A stretch of DNA of 64,000 bases from a virus, in IMG/VR virus record IMGVR_UViG_3300031521_000025, positions 47,458 to 111,457 of that record; one strand, written 5' to 3'. The notes below the pieces were generated by a model. It was not told the DNA's origin, did no database searches, and saw only the letters and a program-made list of their open reading frames with translations. Shown piece by piece: positions 27,387 to 36,897 of this stretch. Positions within the stretch are counted from its first letter, which is position 1; each line of letters opens with the position of its first letter. A program made the translations under genes and the position numbers.

Positions 27387-28610
27387 ATGGAAAATAAATT
27401 AAAAAAATACAACTTTCTTTGTTGTAAAAAATACAAAGATCTTGTTTTGACTAACGATCAAATTGAAGAAATAAAAAAAATTCAAGATTTTTACGGCAAG
27501 AAAAAATTCAACGATCAATGGGGTAAAATAAAACATTTAGTAAAGGCAAAATATTCTCCTGATTGGGTTGAGAAAATTATTTCTTTAAAAAAAACAAATA
27601 ACTCTTCTTTAAAGTGGTTTATTGTGTTATATGGAGAAGAGGAAGGAAAATTAAAATACCAAGAAAAAAACATCAAAGTAGGAGGATCTTTAAATTCTTA
27701 TATTTTAAAATATGGAAAAGAAGAAGGTTCTGAAAGATATAAAAAAGCTTGTGAAAGTAAAAAAGGTCAATCTACAGAACAATGGTATATAAATAGATAT
27801 GGAGAGGAAGAAGGAAAACTAAAATGGAAAAAAATAAAATCTTCATGGAAGGAAGCTAATTTAAAAACAATAAAAGAAGGAAAAAGAAAAGGAAATGGAA
27901 GAAGTTTAAAAGAATATGTTTTAAGATATGGAGAAAAAGAAGGAGAAAGTTTATGGAGTAAAAGAAACTTGAAGCAAAGTCAAAGGTTTAGTTTGCAATA
28001 TTATACAGATAAATACGGAATAAAAGATGGAAAAAATAAATGGCAAGAATATTGTAAAAAAATGGATAAAGGATCTTTACAATATTTTACGAAAAAATAC
28101 GGAGAAGAAGGGTTAAACAGATATAAAGAAAGAAGTAAAGTCTGTAATTTTGGAGGCATGGGTTTAGAAAACTTAATTTTAAAATACGGAGAAGAAGAAG
28201 GGAGAAATAAATACCAAATATGGGTAAATAAAACCATGATTAATAAAAACAAAAGTATTAATTATAGTAAAATTTCTCAAGAATTATTTTGGAACATTTA
28301 CAATGAACTACCTGTAAGTTTAAAAGAAAAAGTGAAATTTGCAGAATTAAACGAAGAGCAAATGTTTAAAGTTTGGAAAAATGGAATGACTGTAATATTT
28401 GTAGATTTTAAACTTAATAAATGTATAATTGAATTTCAAGGAACTTATTGGCATAGTTTTTTAGAAGTTCAAGAAAAAGATAAAAAAAGAATTGATTTTT
28501 TAGAAAACTATGGTTATAAAGTCTTATGTTTAAAACAAAAAGATTATTTAAAAAATAAAATTAGCGTTACTAAAAATTGTATAGAGTTTTTACTTAAAGA
28601 AAGCAAATAA
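27387..28610 (+). CDS. free-standing Vsr-like putative homing endonuclease with seven YGEEEG repeats
   Basis: C-terminal SKISQELF...VDF....IIEFQGTYWH...D..R...L...GYKVL. Likely ATG is 27387, downstream of TGTATTTAAA (track start 27354). Confidence 0.8.
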   Translation: MENKLKKYNFLCCKKYKDLVLTNDQIEEIKKIQDFYGKKKFNDQWGKIKHLVKAKYSPDWVEKIISLKKTNNSSLKWFIVLYGEEEGKLKYQEKNIKVGGSLNSYILKYGKEEGSERYKKACESKKGQSTEQWYINRYGEEEGKLKWKKIKSSWKEANLKTIKEGKRKGNGRSLKEYVLRYGEKEGESLWSKRNLKQSQRFSLQYYTDKYGIKDGKNKWQEYCKKMDKGSLQYFTKKYGEEGLNRYKERSKVCNFGGMGLENLILKYGEEEGRNKYQIWVNKTMINKNKSINYSKISQELFWNIYNELPVSLKEKVKFAELNEEQMFKVWKNGMTVIFVDFKLNKCIIEFQGTYWHSFLEVQEKDKKRIDFLENYGYKVLCLKQKDYLKNKISVTKNCIEFLLKESK

Positions 28611-28611
28611 A

Positions 28612-29061
28612 ATGATTAAAGAATTAGAGCTATTAGAATTAGATGAAATAGAAAGTATAGAGTTTTTGGGAGAAGAAGAAACTATTGATATTTGTGTAGA
28701 AGATACTCATATGTTTTTTGCAAACGACATATATACCCACAATTCGGGTTTCAACACAGAATACGCAGATGAACAAAGTATTGGTAAAGCAATTGAAGTA
28801 TATCAAGTATGTGATTTAATGATTTTCTTTACACAATCCATAGGGATGCAAGATCAAGAAGAATGTTATGGTCAATTAATGAAAAACCGCTTAGGTAAGA
28901 AAGGGATAGCTTTAAAAATTGGATATAACCCAAATCATGCTACTTTTGAAGAATTGGAAGTCGTTAGTAGATTAAGTTTAATGGATAAAGGAGAAAAAGG
29001 TTCTGTTTTAAGAGGAATTGATAAAATAAGAAAGCAAAATTTAGAAAGAGCTCAAAAATAA
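28612..29061 (+). CDS. helicase C-terminal half with N-terminal split-intein C-fragment (44 aa, 28612-28743)
   Basis: TIDICVEDTHMFFANDIYTHN|SGFN...QVCD...MKNRLG. Confidence 0.88.
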   Translation: MIKELELLELDEIESIEFLGEEETIDICVEDTHMFFANDIYTHNSGFNTEYADEQSIGKAIEVYQVCDLMIFFTQSIGMQDQEECYGQLMKNRLGKKGIALKIGYNPNHATFEELEVVSRLSLMDKGEKGSVLRGIDKIRKQNLERAQK

Positions 29062-29077
29062 TTAATAAAATAAAAAA

Positions 29078-29449
29078 ATGATAAGAAAAAGAATAATAGC
29101 TATTGATTTTGATGGTACAATTTTTGAAAATGCATGGCCTGAAGTGGGAACAATAAGAGAAGATGCGGTAGAAGTTATACAAGCTTTACATGAAAATGGA
29201 AATAAAATCATTATTTGGACATGTAGAGGCGGAGAAAATTTAAAAGATGCATTAAATGCTTTAGGAAAATATCAAATCCCTTATGATGCTGTAAATGAAA
29301 ACATAGTTGAGGTGAAAACTGATTTTAATCCATATCCTAAAATATATTATGATATTTTAATTGATGATCGAAATTTAGGTGGAGTGTTAAGCTGGAAAGA
29401 AATAGGGGAAATACTATTAAAAGAAAAAAACCCAATTAGTTTAATTTAG
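29078..29449 (+). CDS. HAD-superfamily hydrolase
   Basis: IAIDFDGTI, IIIWTCR, K...D.LIDDRN. Confidence 0.85.
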   Translation: MIRKRIIAIDFDGTIFENAWPEVGTIREDAVEVIQALHENGNKIIIWTCRGGENLKDALNALGKYQIPYDAVNENIVEVKTDFNPYPKIYYDILIDDRNLGGVLSWKEIGEILLKEKNPISLI

Positions 29450-29452
29450 AAT

Positions 29453-30208
29453 ATGAAAAATGTATTAATTTTATCAAGTAGTGGTTTAGATTCTACTTAT
29501 TTAGTCTATGATAATTTAAAAAAAGGAAATAGAGTAACTTCAATTTATGTTGAAGTTACAAATAATTCTTGTAAAGTTGAAGTGGAAAAAAAAGCTTTAG
29601 TAAACCAAGAATTATTTTTTCAAAAAAACTTTCCAAATTTAGATTATTATCTTAAATTAGATAATACAAGTGTTTCTTTAAGAGATGTCGATTATGATTT
29701 GATTTTTACTCAAATACCAATCTGGGTTTTTGCAGTTATTTTTAACACAAGAAATATCGATGAAGTTCAAATTGGTTACGTTATGAATGATGATGCAATA
29801 TCTTATTTACAAGACATTAAAGACATATATAATCAATTTAGTTCGATAAGTACTAGAGAACTGCCTGAATTAACTTTTCCTTTAGCTAAGTTAAAAAAAC
29901 ACGATTTTATTTCTAAATTACCAAAAGAGTTGTTGGAAAATGTTACTTTTTGTGAATGGCCTTCCGTGGTTGAAGGGATAATGAAACCATGCGGAGATTG
30001 TCCTGCTTGCAGAAGATATAAAAACGAAGGACTGTATAATAAAATAATTAAAGAAAGCCACCAAGTTTATACTATTAATTCAAAAGATTTTGCAGTATTA
30101 AGTGATGAAATAAAAACAGAAAACTATGGAAGTATTAACCCGCCAGAACAGTTGCAAGTTATAACTCCTTATCAATATAAACTTGAATTTCCAAGTGATA
30201 ATAATTAA
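29453..30208 (+). CDS. QueC-like PP-loop ATPase (second, divergent)
   Basis: LSSSGLDST PP-loop; C-terminal FCE.P...PCGDCPAC; lacks the YGQ, VP.RN and YPDC motifs of true QueC. Confidence 0.75.
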   Translation: MKNVLILSSSGLDSTYLVYDNLKKGNRVTSIYVEVTNNSCKVEVEKKALVNQELFFQKNFPNLDYYLKLDNTSVSLRDVDYDLIFTQIPIWVFAVIFNTRNIDEVQIGYVMNDDAISYLQDIKDIYNQFSSISTRELPELTFPLAKLKKHDFISKLPKELLENVTFCEWPSVVEGIMKPCGDCPACRRYKNEGLYNKIIKESHQVYTINSKDFAVLSDEIKTENYGSINPPEQLQVITPYQYKLEFPSDNN

Positions 30209-30223
30209 TAAAAAACAAATAAA

Positions 30224-30784
30224 ATGAAATATTTTTACCTACAACCAAGACAATCTGGAAAGACAGATAAAGCAGTTTACGAATACTTAAAAGATAAAGA
30301 CAATACTTTACTTGTTGTTCATAACAATGAAAACACAAAAAGATTTAAATCGATAAACTCTAATATTAAAAATGTTATATTAGAAAAAGATTTAAAAGAA
30401 AGTATTGAAAAAAAACAATTCAAAACTATCATTCTTGACGAATATTTATCTTATAAAAACAAAAAGAAAGTTTACGAAATTGTAAATTCTACTTCAGTAT
30501 CAAATATCTATATAATTTCATCTCCAAATAAAGTTTACAAAAAAGAACTATTTGAGATTGTAAAAGATTGCAAAAAACATGATTTTATTTCTGTATCACC
30601 AGAAGAATTATTTAAATTTCCAAAAGAAGATTTTGAGGAATTATATTATAATTTCATTACTGACAAAGATACTATTCTTATAGATAAAAGGTTATCTTCT
30701 ATTTCTTTAAAAGAAGAAGAAATGAAAAACAAAATAGGAGAGGAATTGTTTAATTTAGAAGTTTCAATTCAATACTTAAAGTAA
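30224..30784 (+). CDS. small P-loop protein resembling a terminase ATPase N-terminal fragment
   Basis: PRQSGKT, IILDE, ISSP. Confidence 0.55.
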   Translation: MKYFYLQPRQSGKTDKAVYEYLKDKDNTLLVVHNNENTKRFKSINSNIKNVILEKDLKESIEKKQFKTIILDEYLSYKNKKKVYEIVNSTSVSNIYIISSPNKVYKKELFEIVKDCKKHDFISVSPEELFKFPKEDFEELYYNFITDKDTILIDKRLSSISLKEEEMKNKIGEELFNLEVSIQYLK

Positions 30785-30785
30785 A

Positions 30786-31043
30786 ATGTTTCAAAGAAAA
30801 GCAAAAAAAGACCCTGAAGTAATATATTACTTTGATAAAAGCCAACTAGATAGAGAAGTTGGAGGATATAACTTATTGTTTATTTTAGAACAATTATTTC
30901 CAAAATCTAATAAAGATTTTTTAATTGTTAGTTTTAGAAAACATATAAATATTCCTAACGTCCCTTACGCAGGATTAATTCAAATGTTTTTACAACATAT
31001 TGCAAATTCTGGTCATACAATGTTATTAATAAATTACAAATAA
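30786..31043 (+). CDS. hypothetical protein
   Basis: Tightly packed ORF in an operon. Confidence 0.6.
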   Translation: MFQRKAKKDPEVIYYFDKSQLDREVGGYNLLFILEQLFPKSNKDFLIVSFRKHINIPNVPYAGLIQMFLQHIANSGHTMLLINYK

Positions 31044-31046
31044 AAA

Positions 31047-32048
31047 ATGAATATAAAAAAAATAACTTCTTATTTTTCTAAAAAAAAATTAGATCAATCG
31101 ATAAGTGACAAAAAAGTAACATGTGTTTATCATTCAGTAGATTTTGATGGGTTTGCATCTGCAGCAATAGTTAAAAAGAAATTTCCTAATGCAGAATTAA
31201 TTGGATGGAATCATTATGAAAAAATACCTAAAATAGATTTAGAAAGTTATGTTATAATATGTGATATTGCTTTTCCTCCTCAAAAGATGAAAGAATTAGC
31301 AATGGAAAGAAATGGTCGTTTATTATGGATAGATCACCATATATCTTCTATCAAAAAAATGGATGATTATTTTAAAGATATGTATCCATTTGAATGTTAT
31401 ACTAAACTAGGAAAAGCAGCTTGTGAATTAACATGGGAATCAATGTTTCCTAATAAACCTTTACCGAAAAGTATAAAATTGTTGAGTGATTATGATGTTT
31501 GGAATAATCAAGATTCAAGAAATTGGAATGAATCAGTTTTACCTTTTCAATATGGATTAAAAGTAATCTGTGATAGTGTTGAAGAGTTTCCTTATGAAAT
31601 TTTAGAAAAAAACGATAAACTTATAAACAATATTATTTCATCAGGAAAAAGTGTTTTATCTTATCAAAAGAAACAAGATTTTAGAATGAGCAAAAGAAGT
31701 TTTGTCTGTCAATTTATGGGATATAATACAGTTTGTTTGAATATAAGAGGTAGTTCTAATTCATTTGATAATTGCTATGATCCTGAAGTTAATGATTTAA
31801 TGTTAACTTTTATTTATAATGGAAAAGAATATGATTGTTCTTTATATACTCAAAAAGATAACATCGATTGTTCTGAAATAGCAAAACAACTTGGGGGTGG
31901 TGGTCATAAAAAAGCTGCAGGTTTTTCAATTAAAGACATAATGATAAATTTAAAAAGTCTACCATTAACATCTTTAACTGAAGCTCCTATAGTTAAGAAA
32001 AAGAAAAAATATAAAAAGAAAAAAAAGAAAGTTGTTGAGAAAGACTAA
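31047..32048 (+). CDS. DHH/DHHA1 phosphoesterase
   Basis: YH..D.DG, CD, WIDHH, GGGGHKKAAGF. Confidence 0.9.
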   Translation: MNIKKITSYFSKKKLDQSISDKKVTCVYHSVDFDGFASAAIVKKKFPNAELIGWNHYEKIPKIDLESYVIICDIAFPPQKMKELAMERNGRLLWIDHHISSIKKMDDYFKDMYPFECYTKLGKAACELTWESMFPNKPLPKSIKLLSDYDVWNNQDSRNWNESVLPFQYGLKVICDSVEEFPYEILEKNDKLINNIISSGKSVLSYQKKQDFRMSKRSFVCQFMGYNTVCLNIRGSSNSFDNCYDPEVNDLMLTFIYNGKEYDCSLYTQKDNIDCSEIAKQLGGGGHKKAAGFSIKDIMINLKSLPLTSLTEAPIVKKKKKYKKKKKKVVEKD

Positions 32049-32599
32049 GTTAAAAACTTTCCTAATCTTGAATCTCTGCCTAATAAACTATTGGCAGAGA
32101 TTTTTTGGTCTATAATAGGAAAACAAAGTGCTTCTTCATCGATTTGTGTGCAAGTAAATACTATTGACATTGCTTCATTATCAGTATTTATTGAATATTT
32201 ATTTGCATCTAAAAGAGTTTTATCATGAATATAATAAAATTCACGTTTTGTTGCAAAATAATTTCCAATTTGAGGCATTATACCTATTTCTTTTAATTGA
32301 TCAATAAAACAACTAAATTTTAAATTTAAAAATTTTTGAGGAATCCTTTCTAATTCGGATTGGCTACTTTCTGTTATTTCAATAGTTCCGTATATTTGTA
32401 TACCATTAGGGTTTACCCATTCTTTCATTAAAAGTTCACCATAAAGGTTTTTTTTGCTTTTATTATAATCAATTTCAAAATACAACAAAGAAGTATCTGT
32501 ATAATTTTCTATAGCTTGTCTTGATTTCTTTTTTAAAAAACTTTCAGATTTATTTCCAAAACCTATTTTTTCTCCATGAGCATCGTGTCTTAAATCCAT
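32045..32599 (-). CDS. neck/head-closure protein (T4 gp14-like)
   Basis: NLYGE and L.E..I.P.IG.Y pattern typical of myovirus head-closure proteins. Confidence 0.55.
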   Translation of the reverse strand: MDLRHDAHGEKIGFGNKSESFLKKKSRQAIENYTDTSLLYFEIDYNKSKKNLYGELLMKEWVNPNGIQIYGTIEITESSQSELERIPQKFLNLKFSCFIDQLKEIGIMPQIGNYFATKREFYYIHDKTLLDANKYSINTDNEAMSIVFTCTQIDEEALCFPIIDQKISANSLLGRDSRLGKFLT

Positions 32600-32669
32600 T
32601 TTAGTATTTTTTTATTAAATACAAATTATTTAAACTTTAAAGAAAAAAAACTTATTTTAAAGAAAAAAA

Positions 32670-33263
32670 ATGAAAGAAAAGAAGGAAAAAAAAACAAAAA
32701 AAGATAAAAAGAAAGAAGTGAAGGAAGAAAAGCCTCTTTCTAAAACAATTGAAAATAGAATTAAAGCTTTAGAAAATAATTTTGATGAAGAAATACAAGA
32801 TCTTTATAAAGCTTTAAACATCACAAAAGTGAATGGAGATAAATCAATTGAAGTTACTGGCGATGTTAATTTTAGCGGTCTAGGGTTGAAAAAAATCCCT
32901 TTTTCTTTTAGGAAAATAATAGGAGATTTTGATTTTTCAGACAATGAACTAGAAAGTTTAGAAGGATGTCCTGAGGTTGTAATAGGTAGTGCTTATTTTA
33001 ACAATAATAAATTAACATCTCTTAAACATAGTCCTGAAAAAGTTAGTGGTTTATTTGATTGCTCTAATAACCAGTTGATAAATTTAAAAGGCGGACCTTT
33101 AAAAGTTGAATGTTCGTTTTTTTGCGAAAGTAATAAACTAGAATCATTAGATGGAATACCTAAATTAATAGGAGAAGATTTTATAGCAACAGAAAACCCT
33201 ACTGTTTTTGTGAAAAAAGAAGTAAAAGGGTTAAGTAAAATAAAAGGAGAAATTTTTGTATAA
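32670..33263 (+). CDS. leucine-rich-repeat protein
   Basis: ~22-aa repeats F.CS.N.L.SL.G.P..V.G. Confidence 0.75.
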   Translation: MKEKKEKKTKKDKKKEVKEEKPLSKTIENRIKALENNFDEEIQDLYKALNITKVNGDKSIEVTGDVNFSGLGLKKIPFSFRKIIGDFDFSDNELESLEGCPEVVIGSAYFNNNKLTSLKHSPEKVSGLFDCSNNQLINLKGGPLKVECSFFCESNKLESLDGIPKLIGEDFIATENPTVFVKKEVKGLSKIKGEIFV

Positions 33264-33280
33264 CAAAATAATTATAAAAA

Positions 33281-36200
33281 ATGATTAAAGAAAAATTACC
33301 ACTTAAAATTGCACACATTTCAGATTTGCATATTTTTAACGAAAAAAGACATAGTGAACATATACATGTTATAGATAATTTAAAAAAACAGTTAATATTA
33401 GATAAACCAGATATAATTTATTTAGGAGGAGACATTGTTGATTCTAAATCAAGAATTAGCCCTGAACAATTAGATATTGTCAACTATTTCTTTTATTCAA
33501 TGACTGACATATCTCCTGTTATATGCATTATTGGGAATCATGATGCTAATTTGTACGTAAAAGAAAAATTAGACGCTTTAACACCGATTATTAACGAATT
33601 AAAGCCGGTTAATCCAATATATTTGTTAAGAAATTCTGGAGTTTACAATTTGTTCAATATAGATTGGATAGTTTGGAGTAGATTAGATGATAAAAACCCA
33701 CTAGAAGGTTATAAATTTGGAGAAAATTACACTATTGGCTGTTATCACGGTCCAGTAGAAGGTTCTATAACAGATTCAGGGTGGAATAAGTTTTCTAAAA
33801 CAAAAAAAATTGGAGATTTTGAAGATTGTGATACTATTATGTTAGGAGATATTCACAAATTACAATTTTTCAAAAGTAAAAGCGCTACAAATTACTTTAA
33901 TTGCGCGTATAGTGGTAGTACTCACCAAATTACAGTTGACGAAAGTGAAATAAAAGGATATTTGTTATGGCAACTTGATAGTTCTTTGAATACCTTCATT
34001 CCAGAGTTTAAGCAAATTGAAAATGATTATTCTGTAAAAACTATTCATGTAAAAGATATTGCAACTACAAAATTTAAACCTAGTCAAGTTTTAAGATTAG
34101 TAGTTCCTTCAGATATAACAGCTGCCGATACTATTTCTTTGCAAAATAACATTTCTAACAACATTATTTTCAAAAGAGAAAAAAAAGATTCGATAGTTAT
34201 TAATGATATTAAATCGGAAGAAAAAAACAAAACTGTTTTAAGCGAAAAAGAATATTTTTATAAATATTTTAAAAACTTAGGATTAGACGATGATGTGATA
34301 AAACAATTAGAAGTTTTAGATGACAAATATAATTTAGCAATAAATAACAAATCTTACAATTCTAATGAATATTTTCTTAAAGAATTAGAAATTAAAAACT
34401 TTCTTTGTTTTAAAGGAGTGAATAATGTCAATTTTGAAGAAATAAATGGACTAGTTGGTTTATTTGGAGAAAATGGAATTGGAAAAAGTTCTTTAATGTT
34501 ATCAATAATGTTTTGTCTTTTCAATAAAACATTAAAAGATTCTAATAAATTTATAAAGCTTGTTAACGACCAATTAAATGAAGCTGAAGAAGTTTATGTA
34601 ATGTTAAAGTTAATTATTAGTGGAGCATTATGGGAAATTAAAAGAAGTTTAGTAATAAATAGCAAATTTACTTCAGCAACTCCTAAATTAGAAGTATATG
34701 AATATGTAAATGGAAAGAAAGCTCCAAGACATAAAGAGGATAGAATTGCAACAGATAGAGATGTATTATCTTTATTAGTGGGAAATGAAAATATATTTTC
34801 TACAACAGTTTTAAGTTCGCAAAACCAACAAGTAGAATTTACTGATAAAGAAAACGCAGAAAGATTAGAATTAACAAATCAATTTTTAGGGTTAGATGCA
34901 AATGCATTAAAACACAAATTAAGCAATCAAGAGTTATTAAAATTGAAAGTTGAAAATGAAAATTTAGAAAAAAACATTTTAAACTTAGAACAACCTAACT
35001 CTATAGAAGAAAAAAAAGAAAATTCTGAAGAAATTATAAAACTTCAAGGAGAAATAATTAATAATGAAAGAAAATATATTGATTTAAAAAACAAAGAAAA
35101 AGATGTTCTTCAAAATCAATTAAGTAAAATCCCTTTAATTACTTTTGAAAAAACTTATGAAGAAATGTTGTTATGCGAAGAAGATGAAAATAACAAAATT
35201 AAAATTATTGAAACTACAATTAAAACTTTAGAAGAAGAAAATGAAGAAAAAAAACTAGACTTAATTAAAAACGGAGAAGAGTTAATAACAGCTAATTCTC
35301 AAAGTGTTTTAATTTTAAAAGAATGGAAAAAGTTTTCTAAATTAGATCATTATAGTTGGAATGCAGAAAAAATAGATAATAAAGATATTATTACTTCTTT
35401 TAATCTTCAAATAACTTCTATTAAGGAAGATATAAACAAAATAAGCAAAGAATATGATTTAGTGAAGAAAGAATTAGATGAAAATGAAAATTATTTAATT
35501 GAAGAAAAAAAACAAAAAGGAAAAATTTTAAAACTATGGAAAGAAGAAAAAGATTATTTAGATTGGAATCCAGTTTTAATAAATTATAATGATTTAATAG
35601 AATCATACGAAGAACAAATTGTAATAAAAAAAGATTTACTTGAAAAAGAAATTTGTCCTACGTGCGGCCATAAACAAACTGATATAAAAAAAATTGAAAA
35701 TGAAATTTTAACGTTACAATTATCGATTAAATCAAAACAAACAGAAGAAAAGGAATATAACGAAAAAATAGAAGAGTTAAAAAAAATAAAAAAACAACTT
35801 TTAGATAAAGATAAAATAATTGATTCTTATAACAATAAAAAAGAAAACAAAAAAAGTTTATTTGAACAAATAGAAAAAAATAACAACAAAAAAGAAGAAA
35901 AATTACAAAAAATAACTGATTGTGAAAACAAAATAGTTAATTTAACAAAGCAACAAACTGAATCAAACTCGAATAATAACAAAGGGTTAGAAATAATAAA
36001 AAAAATTAAAGATAATGCATATTGTATTTCTAATTTTGAAACTATTGCAAATAATTTAAATCTTTTTATAGAAAGAAACAACAATAAAATACAAAAACAT
36101 AAAAATGAAATTGAAACTCATATATTTGAAATAAAAAAAATCAATAATGATAAGGAAAAATATTTAGATAACAAGGAAAAAATTAAAGAAAGGAACGAAA

Positions 36201-36856
36201 TTGAAGTTGAACTAAGTAAACTTATTTCTTTGATTCAAGAAAAAGAAAATAATTTAACTCCTATTATAAAAATAATTGAAAAAGAAAAAATAAATATTGA
36301 AATTTTCAATGATCAATTAAAAAAATACGAAGATAAACTTATTGAATTAAGAAACCATTCAGATAAGTTAAATTTATATTCTTATTATGTAAATAGTATG
36401 AGTAAAAAAGGAATATCTTTATTGATTTTAAAAGATTTTATTCCTTTTATTAATGATGAATTAAATAACACTTTAACTGATTTGTTTGATTTTAGTATTG
36501 AATTTGAAATTTCAGACAAAAATACTTTAGAAATAAGTTTTTGTTATGATAATTTACCAAAAAAATCAAAAAGGGATATAAATCAAGCTTGCGGAAAAGA
36601 AAGTACTATAGTTAATTTAATTATTAGAGCTGCATTGACGAAAATAAGTAAATTACCTAAACCTTCTTTGTTGTTGTTAGATGAAAAATTTGCTATGTTA
36701 GATAAAAATAATTTATTGAAGCTGCCAAAGTTGCTTGAAAAACTAAAAGAACAATATAGTGTTATAATTATGATTACTCATGATGATAATATTAAAGAAT
36801 GGCCAGATAATTACATTATTTTAAAAAATAATTTAGGTGTTACTACCATTGTTTAA
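33281..36856 (+). CDS. fused SbcD(Mre11)-SbcC(Rad50) nuclease/ATPase
   Basis: Phosphoesterase motifs DLH, GGD, GNHD, HG, GDIH; then Walker A GENGIGKS, coiled coil, CPTCG hook, LLLDE, ITH. Confidence 0.9.
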   Translation: MIKEKLPLKIAHISDLHIFNEKRHSEHIHVIDNLKKQLILDKPDIIYLGGDIVDSKSRISPEQLDIVNYFFYSMTDISPVICIIGNHDANLYVKEKLDALTPIINELKPVNPIYLLRNSGVYNLFNIDWIVWSRLDDKNPLEGYKFGENYTIGCYHGPVEGSITDSGWNKFSKTKKIGDFEDCDTIMLGDIHKLQFFKSKSATNYFNCAYSGSTHQITVDESEIKGYLLWQLDSSLNTFIPEFKQIENDYSVKTIHVKDIATTKFKPSQVLRLVVPSDITAADTISLQNNISNNIIFKREKKDSIVINDIKSEEKNKTVLSEKEYFYKYFKNLGLDDDVIKQLEVLDDKYNLAINNKSYNSNEYFLKELEIKNFLCFKGVNNVNFEEINGLVGLFGENGIGKSSLMLSIMFCLFNKTLKDSNKFIKLVNDQLNEAEEVYVMLKLIISGALWEIKRSLVINSKFTSATPKLEVYEYVNGKKAPRHKEDRIATDRDVLSLLVGNENIFSTTVLSSQNQQVEFTDKENAERLELTNQFLGLDANALKHKLSNQELLKLKVENENLEKNILNLEQPNSIEEKKENSEEIIKLQGEIINNERKYIDLKNKEKDVLQNQLSKIPLITFEKTYEEMLLCEEDENNKIKIIETTIKTLEEENEEKKLDLIKNGEELITANSQSVLILKEWKKFSKLDHYSWNAEKIDNKDIITSFNLQITSIKEDINKISKEYDLVKKELDENENYLIEEKKQKGKILKLWKEEKDYLDWNPVLINYNDLIESYEEQIVIKKDLLEKEICPTCGHKQTDIKKIENEILTLQLSIKSKQTEEKEYNEKIEELKKIKKQLLDKDKIIDSYNNKKENKKSLFEQIEKNNNKKEEKLQKITDCENKIVNLTKQQTESNSNNNKGLEIIKKIKDNAYCISNFETIANNLNLFIERNNNKIQKHKNEIETHIFEIKKINNDKEKYLDNKEKIKERNEIEVELSKLISLIQEKENNLTPIIKIIEKEKINIEIFNDQLKKYEDKLIELRNHSDKLNLYSYYVNSMSKKGISLLILKDFIPFINDELNNTLTDLFDFSIEFEISDKNTLEISFCYDNLPKKSKRDINQACGKESTIVNLIIRAALTKISKLPKPSLLLLDEKFAMLDKNNLLKLPKLLEKLKEQYSVIIMITHDDNIKEWPDNYIILKNNLGVTTIV

Positions 36857-36897
36857 TTTTTTTTTCTTATTTTAAATACATAAATATCACATTTAGA

